The notes below the pieces were generated by a model, which was not told where the DNA came from, did no database searches, and worked only from the letters and a program-made list of their open reading frames with translations. A stretch of 64,000 nucleotides of DNA from positions 1 through 64,000 of the forward strand of contig JBBSXB010000005.1 of assembly GCA_038046005.1 (NCBI GenBank), in the 5' to 3' direction. The DNA is from Nanobdellota archaeon (GTDB lineage Archaea > Nanobdellota > Nanobdellia > Pacearchaeales > GW2011-AR1). A program made the translations under genes and the position numbers. Below, piece by piece: positions 18,620 through 29,687 of the stretch. Numbering within the stretch: position 1 is the stretch's first letter; every line of letters begins with the position of its first letter.

Positions 18620-19825
18620 CTAAATCACTATTTCTCCAAATCCTATCAATCTCCAGTGACCATCAATGTTTCTCGCAATTCCCAAATTATCTTCTTTTAT
18701 TGCAACTATTGGGATGTTCAATAAGAGTTCAATGTCATTTTTTGATATTTTTTCTACGCTCCCGACTGTTATTGTCGTGTTGACACTTAGCATAAGCATT
18801 TCTTTTGTTTTTATCGGGTCAACTGGCTTATGAGCTTCAATTCCCAGGACTTCTTTGAACAATGTTGGCTTTATTTTTACCTTATAAGATATCTCTGGCA
18901 GAGTCCCTTTTCTAGATACTAGACAGCCAACCAAAGAATCCGCTTTTGTTAAAATAGGATCTAAAGATGTTTCAATTGAAATGCTTGCTCCAGGATGAAC
19001 TTCATCCACGCTTTTATTTCCCTTATGCAAAGATAAAATTTTTGAGTTTAAGGTTTCGTAATTTTTTTGATTTGCCTTTTTCACGACTCTTCCAGGTTTT
19101 ATTTCAATTTCATCTCCAACATTTAATGTTCCATGTTTTAAAATTCCTCCCAAAATTCCACCGCTAAGATTTTTTATCTCTGTCCCGGGTTTGTTAATAT
19201 CAAAACTTCTTGCAATTAAAAAACATGGAGGTTTTGAGGAGTCGTGATCTGGAATTTTAATTGAGCATAAAGCCTCAAAAATTTTGTCAATATTTAGTTC
19301 CTGCTGGGCCGAGACAGGGATTATGGGAGAGTTTTCAGCAATTGTTCCTTTAACAAATTCTTTTATCTCTTTGTAATTCTTAACTGCCTGTTCTTTGTCA
19401 ACAAGATCTATTTTATTTTGGATTATGATTATGTCTTTTATTTTTTTTGCCTGGAGAGCTACAAAATGCTCTCGTGTTTGGGGTTTTATCCCTTCATTTG
19501 CAGCGATTACGAGAATTGCAGCGTCGATGATTGCTGCTCCAGAAAGCATTGTCGCCATTAACATTTCATGCCCCGGTGCATCTATAAAACTAACATATCT
19601 TTGAGGAATGCCTTTTCCTTTGTTATTAAATCCATCTTTGTCTTTGCAGATTATTGTTTCAGCATATCCTAACTTTATTGTTATTCCTCTCTTTAACTCT
19701 TCAGAGTGTGTGTCTGTGAATTTTCCAGTGAGCTTGCTAAGCAAAGTTGTTTTTCCGTGGTCAATGTGGCCTACAACTCCAACATTAATTTCTGGAATTT
19801 CATCATTTGTATTTGGTTTTGCCAT
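18620..19825 (-). CDS. eif2g: Translation initiation factor 2 subunit gamma
   Basis: GHIDHGKT, RGITIKLGY, DAPGHE, QNKID, WRLIGFG; start placed at MAKPN. Confidence 0.95.
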   Translation of the reverse strand: MAKPNTNDEIPEINVGVVGHIDHGKTTLLSKLTGKFTDTHSEELKRGITIKLGYAETIICKDKDGFNNKGKGIPQRYVSFIDAPGHEMLMATMLSGAAIIDAAILVIAANEGIKPQTREHFVALQAKKIKDIIIIQNKIDLVDKEQAVKNYKEIKEFVKGTIAENSPIIPVSAQQELNIDKIFEALCSIKIPDHDSSKPPCFLIARSFDINKPGTEIKNLSGGILGGILKHGTLNVGDEIEIKPGRVVKKANQKNYETLNSKILSLHKGNKSVDEVHPGASISIETSLDPILTKADSLVGCLVSRKGTLPEISYKVKIKPTLFKEVLGIEAHKPVDPIKTKEMLMLSVNTTITVGSVEKISKNDIELLLNIPIVAIKEDNLGIARNIDGHWRLIGFGEIVI

Positions 19826-19918
19826 AAAATAAGACAATAGAAGAAGTTTTTAAAGGTTGTTAATGGGGTAGAATTTAAATATATCTTTTTCTTTTTATGC
19901 AATGAAAAAGAGGGGTAA

Positions 19919-22501
19919 ATGGATATTTTAAAAGATAAGGAAATTAGCAGCGACTTGCACGCTAAGTACTCTGGGTTGGATGTTAGTGAAACGCTGAAAG
20001 ATTTGAACACCTCTCTTAACGGAATTTCAGAGCGAGAAGCTGAAGACAGACTCGAGAAATTTGGATTTAACGAGCCTGCGAAGAAAAAAAGATATCACAT
20101 TGTGGTTAAATTTCTCATGAACTTCCTTAATCCTCTGATAATAATACTAATGGTCATAGATGTTTTATCTTTATTTTTTGGAGAAAAAATAAGCGCCATC
20201 TTCATTTCAGCGATGATTTTAATAAGTGTTTCGTTAAGTTTCATACAAGAAAATGGTTCTCAAAAAGCGATAGAAAAATTAAGGAATTTAGTAAAGACAA
20301 GAATTTTAGTTACGAGATCTGGGAAGCAAAGAGAGATTGACATTAAAGACGTTGTCCCTGGAGATATAGTCCATCTATATGTTGGAGATGTTGTTCCAGC
20401 AGATTTGAGAATAATATCTTCACAGAGCCTTTTTGTGAACCAGTCAACATTGACTGGAGAGTCCATCCCTTCAGAAAAAATTTCTTTTGCAATTAAGCTA
20501 AACGGAAATTCCATCACTGACTTGAACAACATTGCTTTTATGGGGTCAAGCATTGTATCTGGAAGCGGTGTTGGAGTTGTTGTTTCAACAGGATTATCGA
20601 CGGCTTTTGGCGAGATATCAAAAACCTTAGTCAAAGACAAAGAAAAAACAAGCTTTGATATCGGCATAAAAAAATTCACGCTTCTTCTGATAAGGTTCAC
20701 TATAATCCTTGTTATTGCAATATTCTTCATTAACTTTGTTTTTAAAAGCGGTACATTCAGAGAGGCCCTGCTTTTTTCTCTTGCTGTTGCTGTGGGGTTA
20801 ACACCTGAAATGTTGCCGACTATTGTCACTATAAATCTTTCAAAAGGGGCTAGGGCAATGGCACAAAAAAAAGTGATTGTCAAACATCTGGATTCAATCC
20901 AAAATTTTGGAGCCATGGATGTTTTGTGCACAGACAAGACCGGAACTTTGACTGAGAATAAAATAACTCTTGAGAGGTATTGTGATGTTAACGGAAAAGA
21001 AAGCGAACGTGTTTTTAACTATACCTACCTAAACAGCTATCATCAAACCGGAATAAAAAATCTGATTGAAAAGGCCATATTAGACAGAAAAAAAATATCC
21101 GTTTCTCAATACAAAAAAATTGGAGAGATTCCTTATGATTATTCAAGAAAAATTATCTCAATCGCCGTAGAAGACAAGAATACAAACCGGAAAATTGTGA
21201 TTTCCAAGGGGGCTCCAGAAGAGATATTCAAAAGGTGCGGCGAGTATGAAACTTCCGGAAGAGTCATGAAAATTAATGAAAGCGTCTTTGTGAAATTGAA
21301 AAAAGAATATGAAAAACTGAGCAATGAAGGATTTATTGTTATCGCTGTTGCGTATAAAGAACTAGGGAAAGGAAAGTCTAAAATTTCTAAAGAAGATGAA
21401 AAAAATCTCGTTTTGATAGGTTACCTTGCTTTTCTTGATCCTCCGAAACATTCTGTCAGAGAAATCATAACCAGTTTAAAAAATCTGGGAATTGAAATGA
21501 AAGTACTCACTGGAGATAATGATGTGATAACTAGAAGAATCTGCCAAGATGTTGGGTTTGAAATCAAGGGCGTTCTTACAGGAGATGAAATTGATAGGCT
21601 TAGTGAATCTGAGATTAAAGAGGCTGTCGAAAAAATAAATATTTTTACAAGACTTAGCCCTATTCAAAAAAAGAGAGTTATCGATGCGCTAAGATTGAAC
21701 AAGCATGTTGTTGGGTATCTTGGAGATGGGATGAATGATGCCCCTGCCTTGAGAGCTGCTGACGTCGGTATTTCTGTGAATAATGCTGTTGAGATTGCAA
21801 GAGAATCGGCTGATGTTATTCTGCTCGAGAAAAATCTGTTAGTTCTTAAAGAGGGAATCCTCGAGGGAAGAATGACTTTTGGCAATATTGTGAAATACTT
21901 AAAAATGGGTTCCAGCTCTAATTTTGGAAATATGCTTTCTTTTAGCGGTGCAGTTATTTTTGTTCCGTTTTTGCCTATGCTTCCAATACAGATTTTGTTT
22001 AATAATTTCCTTTATGATCTTTCTCAGATTTCTCTTCCTGTTGACAGGGTTGACAAGGAATATCTAACTAAACCAAGGACGTGGAATATTAAGTTCCTTG
22101 AGAAATTCATGCTTTTTATAGGGCCGCTAAGTTCTATTTTTGATTTCATAATTTTTGGAATTATGTTCTTTGTTTTTAATGCTACGACTGCGGCTAGCGC
22201 CTCTATTTTTCAAACAGGATGGTTTATCGAGTCTATGGTCACTCAGATTCTTGTGATGTTTGTTATAAGAACGAATAAAATTCCATTCTTAGAGAGCAAG
22301 CCCCATAAATTATTTGTATTAAGCTCAGTCTTGATTCTTATTGTAGCGATAGGAGCTACACTTTCATCATTTGGAAAATTCTTCGGATTTACTCCTCTTC
22401 CCTTTGTTTATTTTGTGATATTATTCCTTATGACTATTGTCTACTTAGTATTGGTGCAAATTGTGAAATCCTGGGTCGTTAAGAAGTATGGATATCAGTG
22501 A
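19919..22501 (+). CDS. mgtA: Mg2+-translocating P-type ATPase
   Basis: TGES, PEMLP, DKTGTLT, GDGMND, SSNFGN, QTGWF. Confidence 0.9.
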   Translation: MDILKDKEISSDLHAKYSGLDVSETLKDLNTSLNGISEREAEDRLEKFGFNEPAKKKRYHIVVKFLMNFLNPLIIILMVIDVLSLFFGEKISAIFISAMILISVSLSFIQENGSQKAIEKLRNLVKTRILVTRSGKQREIDIKDVVPGDIVHLYVGDVVPADLRIISSQSLFVNQSTLTGESIPSEKISFAIKLNGNSITDLNNIAFMGSSIVSGSGVGVVVSTGLSTAFGEISKTLVKDKEKTSFDIGIKKFTLLLIRFTIILVIAIFFINFVFKSGTFREALLFSLAVAVGLTPEMLPTIVTINLSKGARAMAQKKVIVKHLDSIQNFGAMDVLCTDKTGTLTENKITLERYCDVNGKESERVFNYTYLNSYHQTGIKNLIEKAILDRKKISVSQYKKIGEIPYDYSRKIISIAVEDKNTNRKIVISKGAPEEIFKRCGEYETSGRVMKINESVFVKLKKEYEKLSNEGFIVIAVAYKELGKGKSKISKEDEKNLVLIGYLAFLDPPKHSVREIITSLKNLGIEMKVLTGDNDVITRRICQDVGFEIKGVLTGDEIDRLSESEIKEAVEKINIFTRLSPIQKKRVIDALRLNKHVVGYLGDGMNDAPALRAADVGISVNNAVEIARESADVILLEKNLLVLKEGILEGRMTFGNIVKYLKMGSSSNFGNMLSFSGAVIFVPFLPMLPIQILFNNFLYDLSQISLPVDRVDKEYLTKPRTWNIKFLEKFMLFIGPLSSIFDFIIFGIMFFVFNATTAASASIFQTGWFIESMVTQILVMFVIRTNKIPFLESKPHKLFVLSSVLILIVAIGATLSSFGKFFGFTPLPFVYFVILFLMTIVYLVLVQIVKSWVVKKYGYQ

Positions 22502-23131
22502 TTAGACATATCTTATCCCTAAGGAAGTGAGGTCTGGGAAATTATTTCTGAACTCTTGTGGAGAAAGGGTTAGTCTACGCATTCTTTCTTCAGCAAGTAA
22601 GGGGTAAAGATCTTCCATTTCATTTGGGTTGATTGTTGATATGCCTCCAATTCCTATTTCCTCCTTCTTTGTTGATTTCACTAGAAAAGGATTTGCTGTT
22701 GCTCTTCCTTCTTCGTCAGATTTTTCAAAAGGGAAGTATACAATATCTCTATCTATTTTTGTGTTTTTGGGATTACTTTTGCTCCAATCTTTTCCTTTGA
22801 CAAAACCTAATAGATGAAGTAATGGCTCTCTTGTTTCTTCTTTTCTTTCGCCATAGACTACAAAACCCTGGAGTTTTGCAGACCTTTTTACAAAATGTTC
22901 AACAGCTTTTTCCAGGCTTCCATAAGCTTCTTCAAGACAAATATTAAAAATATAACCTCTTGTTATAACTCCATTTGGGTTGTCTGGAAAGTTTACAACT
23001 GCTAAAATGTTTGGAGAATAAGATGTTAATCTTTCAACTCTTTTAAAATATTTTGAGATGTCTGATATTGTGTATTCTTCAACTTTTTTGATTACGTTTG
23101 CCCTATCAGCTATCTGGATTAGTTGAGGCAT
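22502..23131 (-). CDS. Hypothetical protein
   Basis: 209-aa ORF with a TATA-like box about 25 nt upstream. Confidence 0.6.
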   Translation of the reverse strand: MPQLIQIADRANVIKKVEEYTISDISKYFKRVERLTSYSPNILAVVNFPDNPNGVITRGYIFNICLEEAYGSLEKAVEHFVKRSAKLQGFVVYGERKEETREPLLHLLGFVKGKDWSKSNPKNTKIDRDIVYFPFEKSDEEGRATANPFLVKSTKKEEIGIGGISTINPNEMEDLYPLLAEERMRRLTLSPQEFRNNFPDLTSLGIRYV

Positions 23132-23175
23132 TAGAAGAAAACTTAAGTCTGTTTTAAAAGAGTTATGGAGTTCAA

Positions 23176-24183
23176 TTAGTTATTTGAAACTGCTTTATTT
23201 GAATTTATTCCATTAATCTCATCTCTGAGCCATGCAGCATGTTCATAATCTTCTTTTTCTATCGCTTTATCAAGTTCTCTTTTTAGTTTATCATCTCTGG
23301 AAAGCGCTTGAGGTTTTTCTTGTTCTGGTTTTTTCTCAACATAGGATGTTTTAGAAAGGTCTACGGATTTTGGTACAATATTTTGTGGAGAGGATATTGT
23401 TGGTTTGTTCATACCAAACGTATTCTTTTTTACTCCAAGTACTGCATATGATCCGCTAACCCGAGCACCATGAATTTTACACTCTCGATAGAAATCTTCG
23501 AACCAAATTTGTTCTGCACAAGGACCGAGAAGTTCAAGTCTTTCGCCATGCAAATCCATTTCTTGGGGATTTATTGGCATGTTTTTTATTCCAACATCGT
23601 CTAAAAGCAACCCAAAATTTTCAGCATATTTTCCAAAAATAAAGTTGGTTATTCCATTTTCTTTGAAACTTCTTGTTGGTATGAAAATTTTTTTATTTGG
23701 AATTTGCACTGCGTTTTGTCTTGCGGATTCTACTTCGTCAATACTTAAAGCGTAAGATTCATCTTGAGCTTCTGCCTCTATTGCTTTTCCTAAATTATCC
23801 AATATTGGCGAATTTTTTGTTATATAAAATCCATCATAAGGAACATACAAAAATGCTTCTTTCGCCCAATGTCCATGCTTGGGCAATTTGCTTGTTTTTC
23901 CTCTTTCGATCATGAACAAAGCGCTTTCTTCAAGAGAAGGAATTCTGTAGCCTAGTTTTTCTAAATAAGATTTTCCTTCGCCCAGCTGTGCATCTATGCA
24001 AAGTCCATCAAGTGTCCTTTTTCCTGAAGGGTTAAAATTTCTTGATCCGGGATAATTTGGGGTTGTCTGATATAGTATTTTCATTTTTCTGAATGTTATC
24101 TTGTTATCTCGTTCATCCTTATTCTCTCCTTGGAGTCCTGTACCTTTGCATTGCTTCAAAAGAATCCTCGTCATTACCTTCAT
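23176..24183 (-). CDS. Hypothetical protein with C-terminal UVR (UvrB/C) motif
   Basis: LDKAIEKEDYEHAAWLRDEI; true start possibly 24084. Confidence 0.6.
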   Translation of the reverse strand: MKVMTRILLKQCKGTGLQGENKDERDNKITFRKMKILYQTTPNYPGSRNFNPSGKRTLDGLCIDAQLGEGKSYLEKLGYRIPSLEESALFMIERGKTSKLPKHGHWAKEAFLYVPYDGFYITKNSPILDNLGKAIEAEAQDESYALSIDEVESARQNAVQIPNKKIFIPTRSFKENGITNFIFGKYAENFGLLLDDVGIKNMPINPQEMDLHGERLELLGPCAEQIWFEDFYRECKIHGARVSGSYAVLGVKKNTFGMNKPTISSPQNIVPKSVDLSKTSYVEKKPEQEKPQALSRDDKLKRELDKAIEKEDYEHAAWLRDEINGINSNKAVSNN

Positions 24184-24304
24184 CTAAACTTGCCAAATAT
24201 AACCTGCTAGTTTGAGATTCATCGAGATCAGTTTTTCCTGGTCTTAATGAAGTTCCTTCTAAAATACAAATTTCATATGCTTCACAAAAAGTATTGTTTG
24301 TCAT
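24119..24304 (-). CDS. Small hypothetical protein
   Basis: 61-aa ORF; TTTATAAAA box about 25 nt upstream. Confidence 0.4.
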   Translation of the reverse strand: MTNNTFCEAYEICILEGTSLRPGKTDLDESQTSRLYLASLDEGNDEDSFEAMQRYRTPRRE

Positions 24305-24375
24305 TTTTTCTTGAGAAATCCAGGTTTTATAAAACTTTCTATTTGTTACTACTTTTAAGAAACAGGAAAATTAAG

Positions 24376-25638
24376 CTAGGCTGCACGTTTCATTTCTTTT
24401 AATTCCTCTACAACTTTTTGTATTCTTTCTGTCCCCTCTTTTATGAGTTCTGCAGGAATCATAGAGTATGAGATTCTAGCCCAGCCTTCATATTTTTTCC
24501 CAAATCCAGAACCTGGTGCTACCAAAACCCCTTCTTTGACCAGGCTTTCTAAAAGAATTTTCTCTTTGTTTGGAACATCTGGCAGGTAGGGGTTGAAATC
24601 TACAAAAAAGTAAAATGCTCCTTTTGGTTTTTCCAAATTTGGAAAGATTGGCTTAAGTCCATCATAAGCTGCATTTCTTCTTTCGTCTAATGTCGACTTC
24701 AATGTTTCAATCCAGGCTTTTCTTTCAGCTTTCTTGTTTAATGCCTGTGAAAATGCATACTGATTTGCAGTCACAACTCCTGCGGTTTGAGTGTAATCCC
24801 CCAAAGTCATTAATTCGATTATTTTTTTATTTCTTGAAACAGTGAATCCTACTCTAAATCCAGTTGCTGCAAAAGATTTTGAAAAAGTAAAGACAGAGGC
24901 GGAATTAGGATTGCTTGTTTTCAATGTTGAATAATGGTGTTCTCCATCAAAAACAACATCATTGTATGCTTCATCAGAAACAAGAAGAACATTGTTTTTT
25001 CTGCATAGATAGTCTATTTCTTCCACTTCTGGTCTTGTGAACACTTTTCCAGTAGGATTATGTGGGTTATTAAAATAAAACATGTCACTTTTTTTCAACA
25101 CTTTTTCTAATTCTCCAGGGTCGTAATTTCCTTCTCTTAGAGGAACCATCTTGAAGTCAACTCCTGAATATGGGACCATGTTGTCAAGGACGCAACTCCA
25201 ACAAGGACCAAATCCTGCTGCTCTTTTATTTCTGAACATATTGAAGAATCTTGATAAAAGATGAGGAGTTTTTTTGCCAAATAAACCGAACAATAATTCT
25301 AAACCCTGCTGTCCGCCATATGTGGCTGCTATGTTTTCAAATGTTAATCCATGGATTTCCTGCTCTCTTGAATATTCTAAAACTGCATCTTTGAAAAATG
25401 CCTCTCCACCAGATTTAGGATAATTAGTATAACCTAGCTTTGTTGTTCCTTCGTGTAAAGCATCTAGAACATATGATGGAGTTTTAAGATCTAAATCCCC
25501 TCTTTGAAAATAAACGAATTTTTTTCCTGTCCTTGATACAAATGCCTTTGCTGCTCCTCTGTACTCTTCGCTAGTTTTTACAATTGTGGAGAGTTCTATA
25601 TTCTCAAAATTTCTGTCAAAGTTTAGAATGTGCACCAT
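24376..25638 (-). CDS. PLP-dependent aminotransferase class I/II
   Basis: NNPHNPTG, SDEAY, SKSFAATGFRVG, GAFY. Confidence 0.92.
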   Translation of the reverse strand: MVHILNFDRNFENIELSTIVKTSEEYRGAAKAFVSRTGKKFVYFQRGDLDLKTPSYVLDALHEGTTKLGYTNYPKSGGEAFFKDAVLEYSREQEIHGLTFENIAATYGGQQGLELLFGLFGKKTPHLLSRFFNMFRNKRAAGFGPCWSCVLDNMVPYSGVDFKMVPLREGNYDPGELEKVLKKSDMFYFNNPHNPTGKVFTRPEVEEIDYLCRKNNVLLVSDEAYNDVVFDGEHHYSTLKTSNPNSASVFTFSKSFAATGFRVGFTVSRNKKIIELMTLGDYTQTAGVVTANQYAFSQALNKKAERKAWIETLKSTLDERRNAAYDGLKPIFPNLEKPKGAFYFFVDFNPYLPDVPNKEKILLESLVKEGVLVAPGSGFGKKYEGWARISYSMIPAELIKEGTERIQKVVEELKEMKRAA

Positions 25639-25717
25639 GTTTTTTATTTTACCCTAAAAGTTTTGTTAATCAGTATTTTTAAACTTTGTCGGGATATAGT
25701 GTATAGTCAAGAATAAA

Positions 25718-26170
25718 TTAAGCAGCCACTTCAACTTTCTTTTTTTCTTTTGGTTGGTTTTGATCTGGGAATATTTCTTTTAGCGTTGTGTTGCCGTGCT
25801 TTGCGATTTTTAGATTTATCTGAACAATATCTGTAGAAATAATTTTTCCTCTTTGTGTTTTTCTAAGTCTTAATCCTTTAGGCCTGTTTTTTGTCCATGC
25901 TCTTTTTCCTTCGTGTTTTGGCCTTTTATTCATTCCTTTTCCAAAAGTTAAAAGAACTCTTTTTAATCCAACACCTTCAACAGTTTCAAAGGCTGGAAAT
26001 CCTGCTTTGTCGCTTGCTCCTGTTATCTGAAACTCATAACCATCTAAAGTCGGAAGCAATTCTTTTCCCTCTATTTGTTGACCGATTTCTTTTCCAATAA
26101 GCTCCTCGCTTTCTAGCTCAAACTTGTATGTTTTTCCGTCTTTATCTGCAATGTTTATTTTGAATGGCAT
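25718..26170 (-). CDS. rps6e: 30S ribosomal protein S6e
   Basis: MPFKINI, ITGASDKAGFP, GLRLRKTQRG, QINLKI. Confidence 0.93.
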   Translation of the reverse strand: MPFKINIADKDGKTYKFELESEELIGKEIGQQIEGKELLPTLDGYEFQITGASDKAGFPAFETVEGVGLKRVLLTFGKGMNKRPKHEGKRAWTKNRPKGLRLRKTQRGKIISTDIVQINLKIAKHGNTTLKEIFPDQNQPKEKKKVEVAA

Positions 26171-26207
26171 GATTATAGAATAAAAAATGAGCTTAAAAAG
26201 GTTTTGA

Positions 26208-26924
26208 TTATGATTTTGCAGTTTTCCATAAATACTCAAAATAGCTTTTATAGGATTCATAGACTGATTTATGCTCTATGATTATTCCTATTGGGCTTTC
26301 AACCCACATAACTAATGCAACTTTTCCATCAAAAATGTAAGTAGAAACTTTGGAATTAAACTCTGATGGAATGAACTTTATTGTTGTTAGAGGTATTTTT
26401 ACGGGCTTTATTTTCTCGTTTGCTACTATTCTCATTTTAATTTTCTTCTTTACTCTTTCTTTGTCCCACTTGGAGTAATCGTAAGGCAAAAAATCTTTTA
26501 TTTTATATTCTGCTCCAAAATCAAGTATCTCTGTTTTTGAATTTAACATTTCACCAAATATTGTTTTAATTCCGGCTAAATTTTTGAAACTGTGGACTTC
26601 CTGCTTTTCTTTTGCGGATTTGAACATTTCTACTAGTTCGGGAATTATGTTCTTTGTTTCTTTAATCTGATTTTCTTTTGCTTCAATTAAATCACTTATT
26701 TTTTCAGGATTAGCTGCTTCAAACAACAATTTGCTTGATTTTGTTATCTGACTAACAAGTCCCTTTTCATGCAAACCCCTCAACGCGTCATAAACAGAAA
26801 CCCTATGAATCCCTGATTTTCTAGAGATTTCATTTGCTGATGCAGAACCAATTTTTAGAAGAGTTAAGTAGCATTTTGATTCATTTGGGCTTAAGCCAAT
26901 TTTTTCTAGGATTTCTATATTCAT
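26208..26924 (-). CDS. TrmB family transcriptional regulator
   Basis: LEKIGLSPNESKCYLTLL...VYDALRGLHEKGLV wHTH; start placed at MNIE. Confidence 0.88.
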   Translation of the reverse strand: MNIEILEKIGLSPNESKCYLTLLKIGSASANEISRKSGIHRVSVYDALRGLHEKGLVSQITKSSKLLFEAANPEKISDLIEAKENQIKETKNIIPELVEMFKSAKEKQEVHSFKNLAGIKTIFGEMLNSKTEILDFGAEYKIKDFLPYDYSKWDKERVKKKIKMRIVANEKIKPVKIPLTTIKFIPSEFNSKVSTYIFDGKVALVMWVESPIGIIIEHKSVYESYKSYFEYLWKTAKS

Positions 26925-27017
26925 ATTCCTTTTAGGATTTAGCAATTTATAATACTTTCTAGTGTTGTAATCCCCCTTACTACAATTGTTTATATAACCA
27001 TACATCGACGCCATTTT

Positions 27018-27947
27018 ATGGTAGACACAATTAATAGGAGGCAAATTGAAAAAACAAAAAGTTTAGCTGAAGCCGTAAAACTTGTATATGGAATTAACTT
27101 AAAAGGAAGATTGTGTGTTTTGGATAATGAAGCTATGGTGGGAGAAGTTGCAGACTCTTATAATGAATTAGGATTAAATGCTAGGAGAGAAACTTATAGA
27201 AAACTTGCTCAAGATTTTAAATTTAGAACAGATTATTTTGAAGGAAAGGGAATTCATAAACATATACTTGATGTTGGTTGTGGTTCTGGATTACTTTCTT
27301 ACGAAATTGCTGAGCAAACTGATGCCTTTGTTGTTGGATTAGATGTATCTCAAGAAATGATTGAGTTGGCTAACAAGAATAAAGAAAAAATATCTGAGGA
27401 AAAAGTGAAAAAAATAATTAGCGACTACGAAGGAGAGTATAATTTATCCAAATCTCTTCCAGCTTCTTGTGACCCTATGCCTGAAATAGTTGATGTTGGA
27501 TATAATCCTTCTAGAAGAACAACATTTGTTCAAGGAAGTGTCTATGATTTAAGCGAACTTGTTGGAAAAAATCAACATATAGATTATATTGTTTGTAGAA
27601 ATGTGTTACACAGATTCCAAAATTCTGAAGAGGCAATAAGACAAATGTTTTATGTATTGGGAAATCAGGGAAAACTTTACATCAGAGATTTAAGAAGAGA
27701 TACTGATTGGAAAACGGTTGTAGAGAGAATTGGTGACGAAAGGTGGAAACATCCAGAACTAGTAATAGATTATATTGGGGCTATGGCTGCAATGTTCACT
27801 TCAGAGGAATTGTCTAATATGTTAAATAAAATAGGGGTCAATAAGTTTGAAATTAGTGATGGAAGTTATAGAACTAGCGGACCAAATAACCTTAGATTTA
27901 AAGAATTTGAAAAAGAAACTGAATATGTTTGTGTTATTGAAAAATAA
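27018..27947 (+). CDS. Class I SAM-dependent methyltransferase
   Basis: ILDVGCGSG, GLDVS, NVLH. Confidence 0.82.
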   Translation: MVDTINRRQIEKTKSLAEAVKLVYGINLKGRLCVLDNEAMVGEVADSYNELGLNARRETYRKLAQDFKFRTDYFEGKGIHKHILDVGCGSGLLSYEIAEQTDAFVVGLDVSQEMIELANKNKEKISEEKVKKIISDYEGEYNLSKSLPASCDPMPEIVDVGYNPSRRTTFVQGSVYDLSELVGKNQHIDYIVCRNVLHRFQNSEEAIRQMFYVLGNQGKLYIRDLRRDTDWKTVVERIGDERWKHPELVIDYIGAMAAMFTSEELSNMLNKIGVNKFEISDGSYRTSGPNNLRFKEFEKETEYVCVIEK

Positions 27948-29687
27948 CTACCCGCCCCAATCTGCTCTTTGTTTTTTCTTTAACTCTTGTAACTCTTGGA
28001 GTAGTCTTATCTCGTTTGATGATAAAAGATCTTTGTTTTTCTTGAAAGTCTTGAATTGGGGTTCGTTTAGGTCTGAATAAAGAAAATCCTTATCTTTTAG
28101 CTCTCTTTCAAAGTTTGCTCCAGGAATTGATATTGCAACTTCCATACCTTCTGTTGCTTCTTGCACTGATTTGTTTTCAGACTGAATTGCTTTTACACGT
28201 CCGACTTTTTCATTTTCTTTGTTAATAAGAGGTAGATTTGAAATTAATTTTCCAACTTCAATTTTTACTCCAAAAATTGCTGGTTTTGTATTCCTAAAAA
28301 CAAATTGTGGTAAAATTCTTAGTTTGCACAATGTTGCTAATGCCATTAGTCTTCTTTTTTCAATCTCATTTGCTTTTTCCTGCCTAAACTCCACTGTTTT
28401 TTCTATTAATTTATATATTACTTTTTCAGTCAGGACTTTTATTTTCCCTTGGATTTCTTTTGCTTCGCTGCCAATCTCAACATTAAATCCTACAATCAAC
28501 GAGTCTAACTCGTTTATCTCTAGATTTGCCTTTGCAGAAACTATATCTGTTTTGTTTATCTCTCCAATTCCCGCTTTTAATACTGGAATATTATTCTGGC
28601 TTAGTAAAGTCAAGAGTGCTTCCAAACTTCCAAGCGAATCAGCTTTGGCAATTATTCCCTCTTTACTTGTTTTTATATTTTCAGAAATTTCTTTTTTGAA
28701 TATTTTTTTTACCTCTTCTTCATTTCCCTTAAAAATCATGAACGGCATTCCCGGAAGAGCGTCAAATTTTTCTGTCAGCTGCATTCTAAATCCTGTTGAT
28801 GCGGTTATTTTTTCTTTTGGTTTGAATCTGGCACTTAATGGCTCTATTTCTTCCAAGACTCTTATTTTTGTTATTGTTGGATTGCCTTCTATATTTGCGA
28901 CTGCTATCTCATCATTTTTTGAAAGTTCACCGTCGTAAAGAATTGCTTCAGCGTAGCTTCCTGATTTTTCTTTTTTTACCTCAAGTATAACCCCTCTTGC
29001 TTCTTTCCCAAGTTTTAGTTTTTCAGAAAGATATTTTTGGCTTAGGCCGCAGAGCATCATTATCAATTCCTGAATCCCTTCTTTTGTCCTTGCTGAACAA
29101 GGGATTATCGCTACTTTTTTTGTGAAGTCTGTTATCTTGTCATAAAGGTCTGCTTCCAACCCATAGCTGCTTAATGCACCTACTAAAGTGTAAAATTTTT
29201 CATCGAAGTTTAGTTTTGTTGACTGTGGTTGAAGTTCTAAATTTTTTTCAAAGTCTTTGTTGTTTATTTTCCAGCCTTGAATTTTGTCAATTTTGTTTAA
29301 AGCGATTAAGAAAGGAACTTTGTTGTGCTTTAGGATTTGAATTACTTCTGAAGTCTGAGGTTTGATTCCTTCGTTTATATCTATGACAAGAATTGCTATA
29401 TCTGCCAACGCTCCGCCTCTTTTTCTTAGGTTTGTGAAGGCAGCGTGGCCGGGTGTGTCGATAAATAAAAATCCTGGAATCTGCAATTTTATGCCTCTTT
29501 CTTCTATAAGCGGACAGGATTTTTTAAGCTGGCTGGAAGGATATAATGTGAAAGAAATTTTTTGTGTTATTCCTCCCGCCTCTAAATCTTGAACAGAGCT
29601 TTCTCTAAGACAATCCAAAATGCTTGTTTTTCCGTGGTCTACATGGCCGACTACTGTGATAATTGGCTGCCGTATTTTTGCTTCCAT
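27948..29687 (-). CDS. infB: Translation initiation factor aIF5B (IF-2)
   Basis: RQPIITVVGHVDHGKT, GGITQ, DTPGH, NKID, GSLEAL. Confidence 0.95.
   Translation of the reverse strand: MEAKIRQPIITVVGHVDHGKTSILDCLRESSVQDLEAGGITQKISFTLYPSSQLKKSCPLIEERGIKLQIPGFLFIDTPGHAAFTNLRKRGGALADIAILVIDINEGIKPQTSEVIQILKHNKVPFLIALNKIDKIQGWKINNKDFEKNLELQPQSTKLNFDEKFYTLVGALSSYGLEADLYDKITDFTKKVAIIPCSARTKEGIQELIMMLCGLSQKYLSEKLKLGKEARGVILEVKKEKSGSYAEAILYDGELSKNDEIAVANIEGNPTITKIRVLEEIEPLSARFKPKEKITASTGFRMQLTEKFDALPGMPFMIFKGNEEEVKKIFKKEISENIKTSKEGIIAKADSLGSLEALLTLLSQNNIPVLKAGIGEINKTDIVSAKANLEINELDSLIVGFNVEIGSEAKEIQGKIKVLTEKVIYKLIEKTVEFRQEKANEIEKRRLMALATLCKLRILPQFVFRNTKPAIFGVKIEVGKLISNLPLINKENEKVGRVKAIQSENKSVQEATEGMEVAISIPGANFERELKDKDFLYSDLNEPQFKTFKKNKDLLSSNEIRLLQELQELKKKQRADWGG

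Noticed and set aside
17529-28938. Long antisense ORFs (17529-18134, 20260-20937, 28219-28938)
   Set aside because: They are shadow frames of well-supported genes on the opposite strand and have no motifs.
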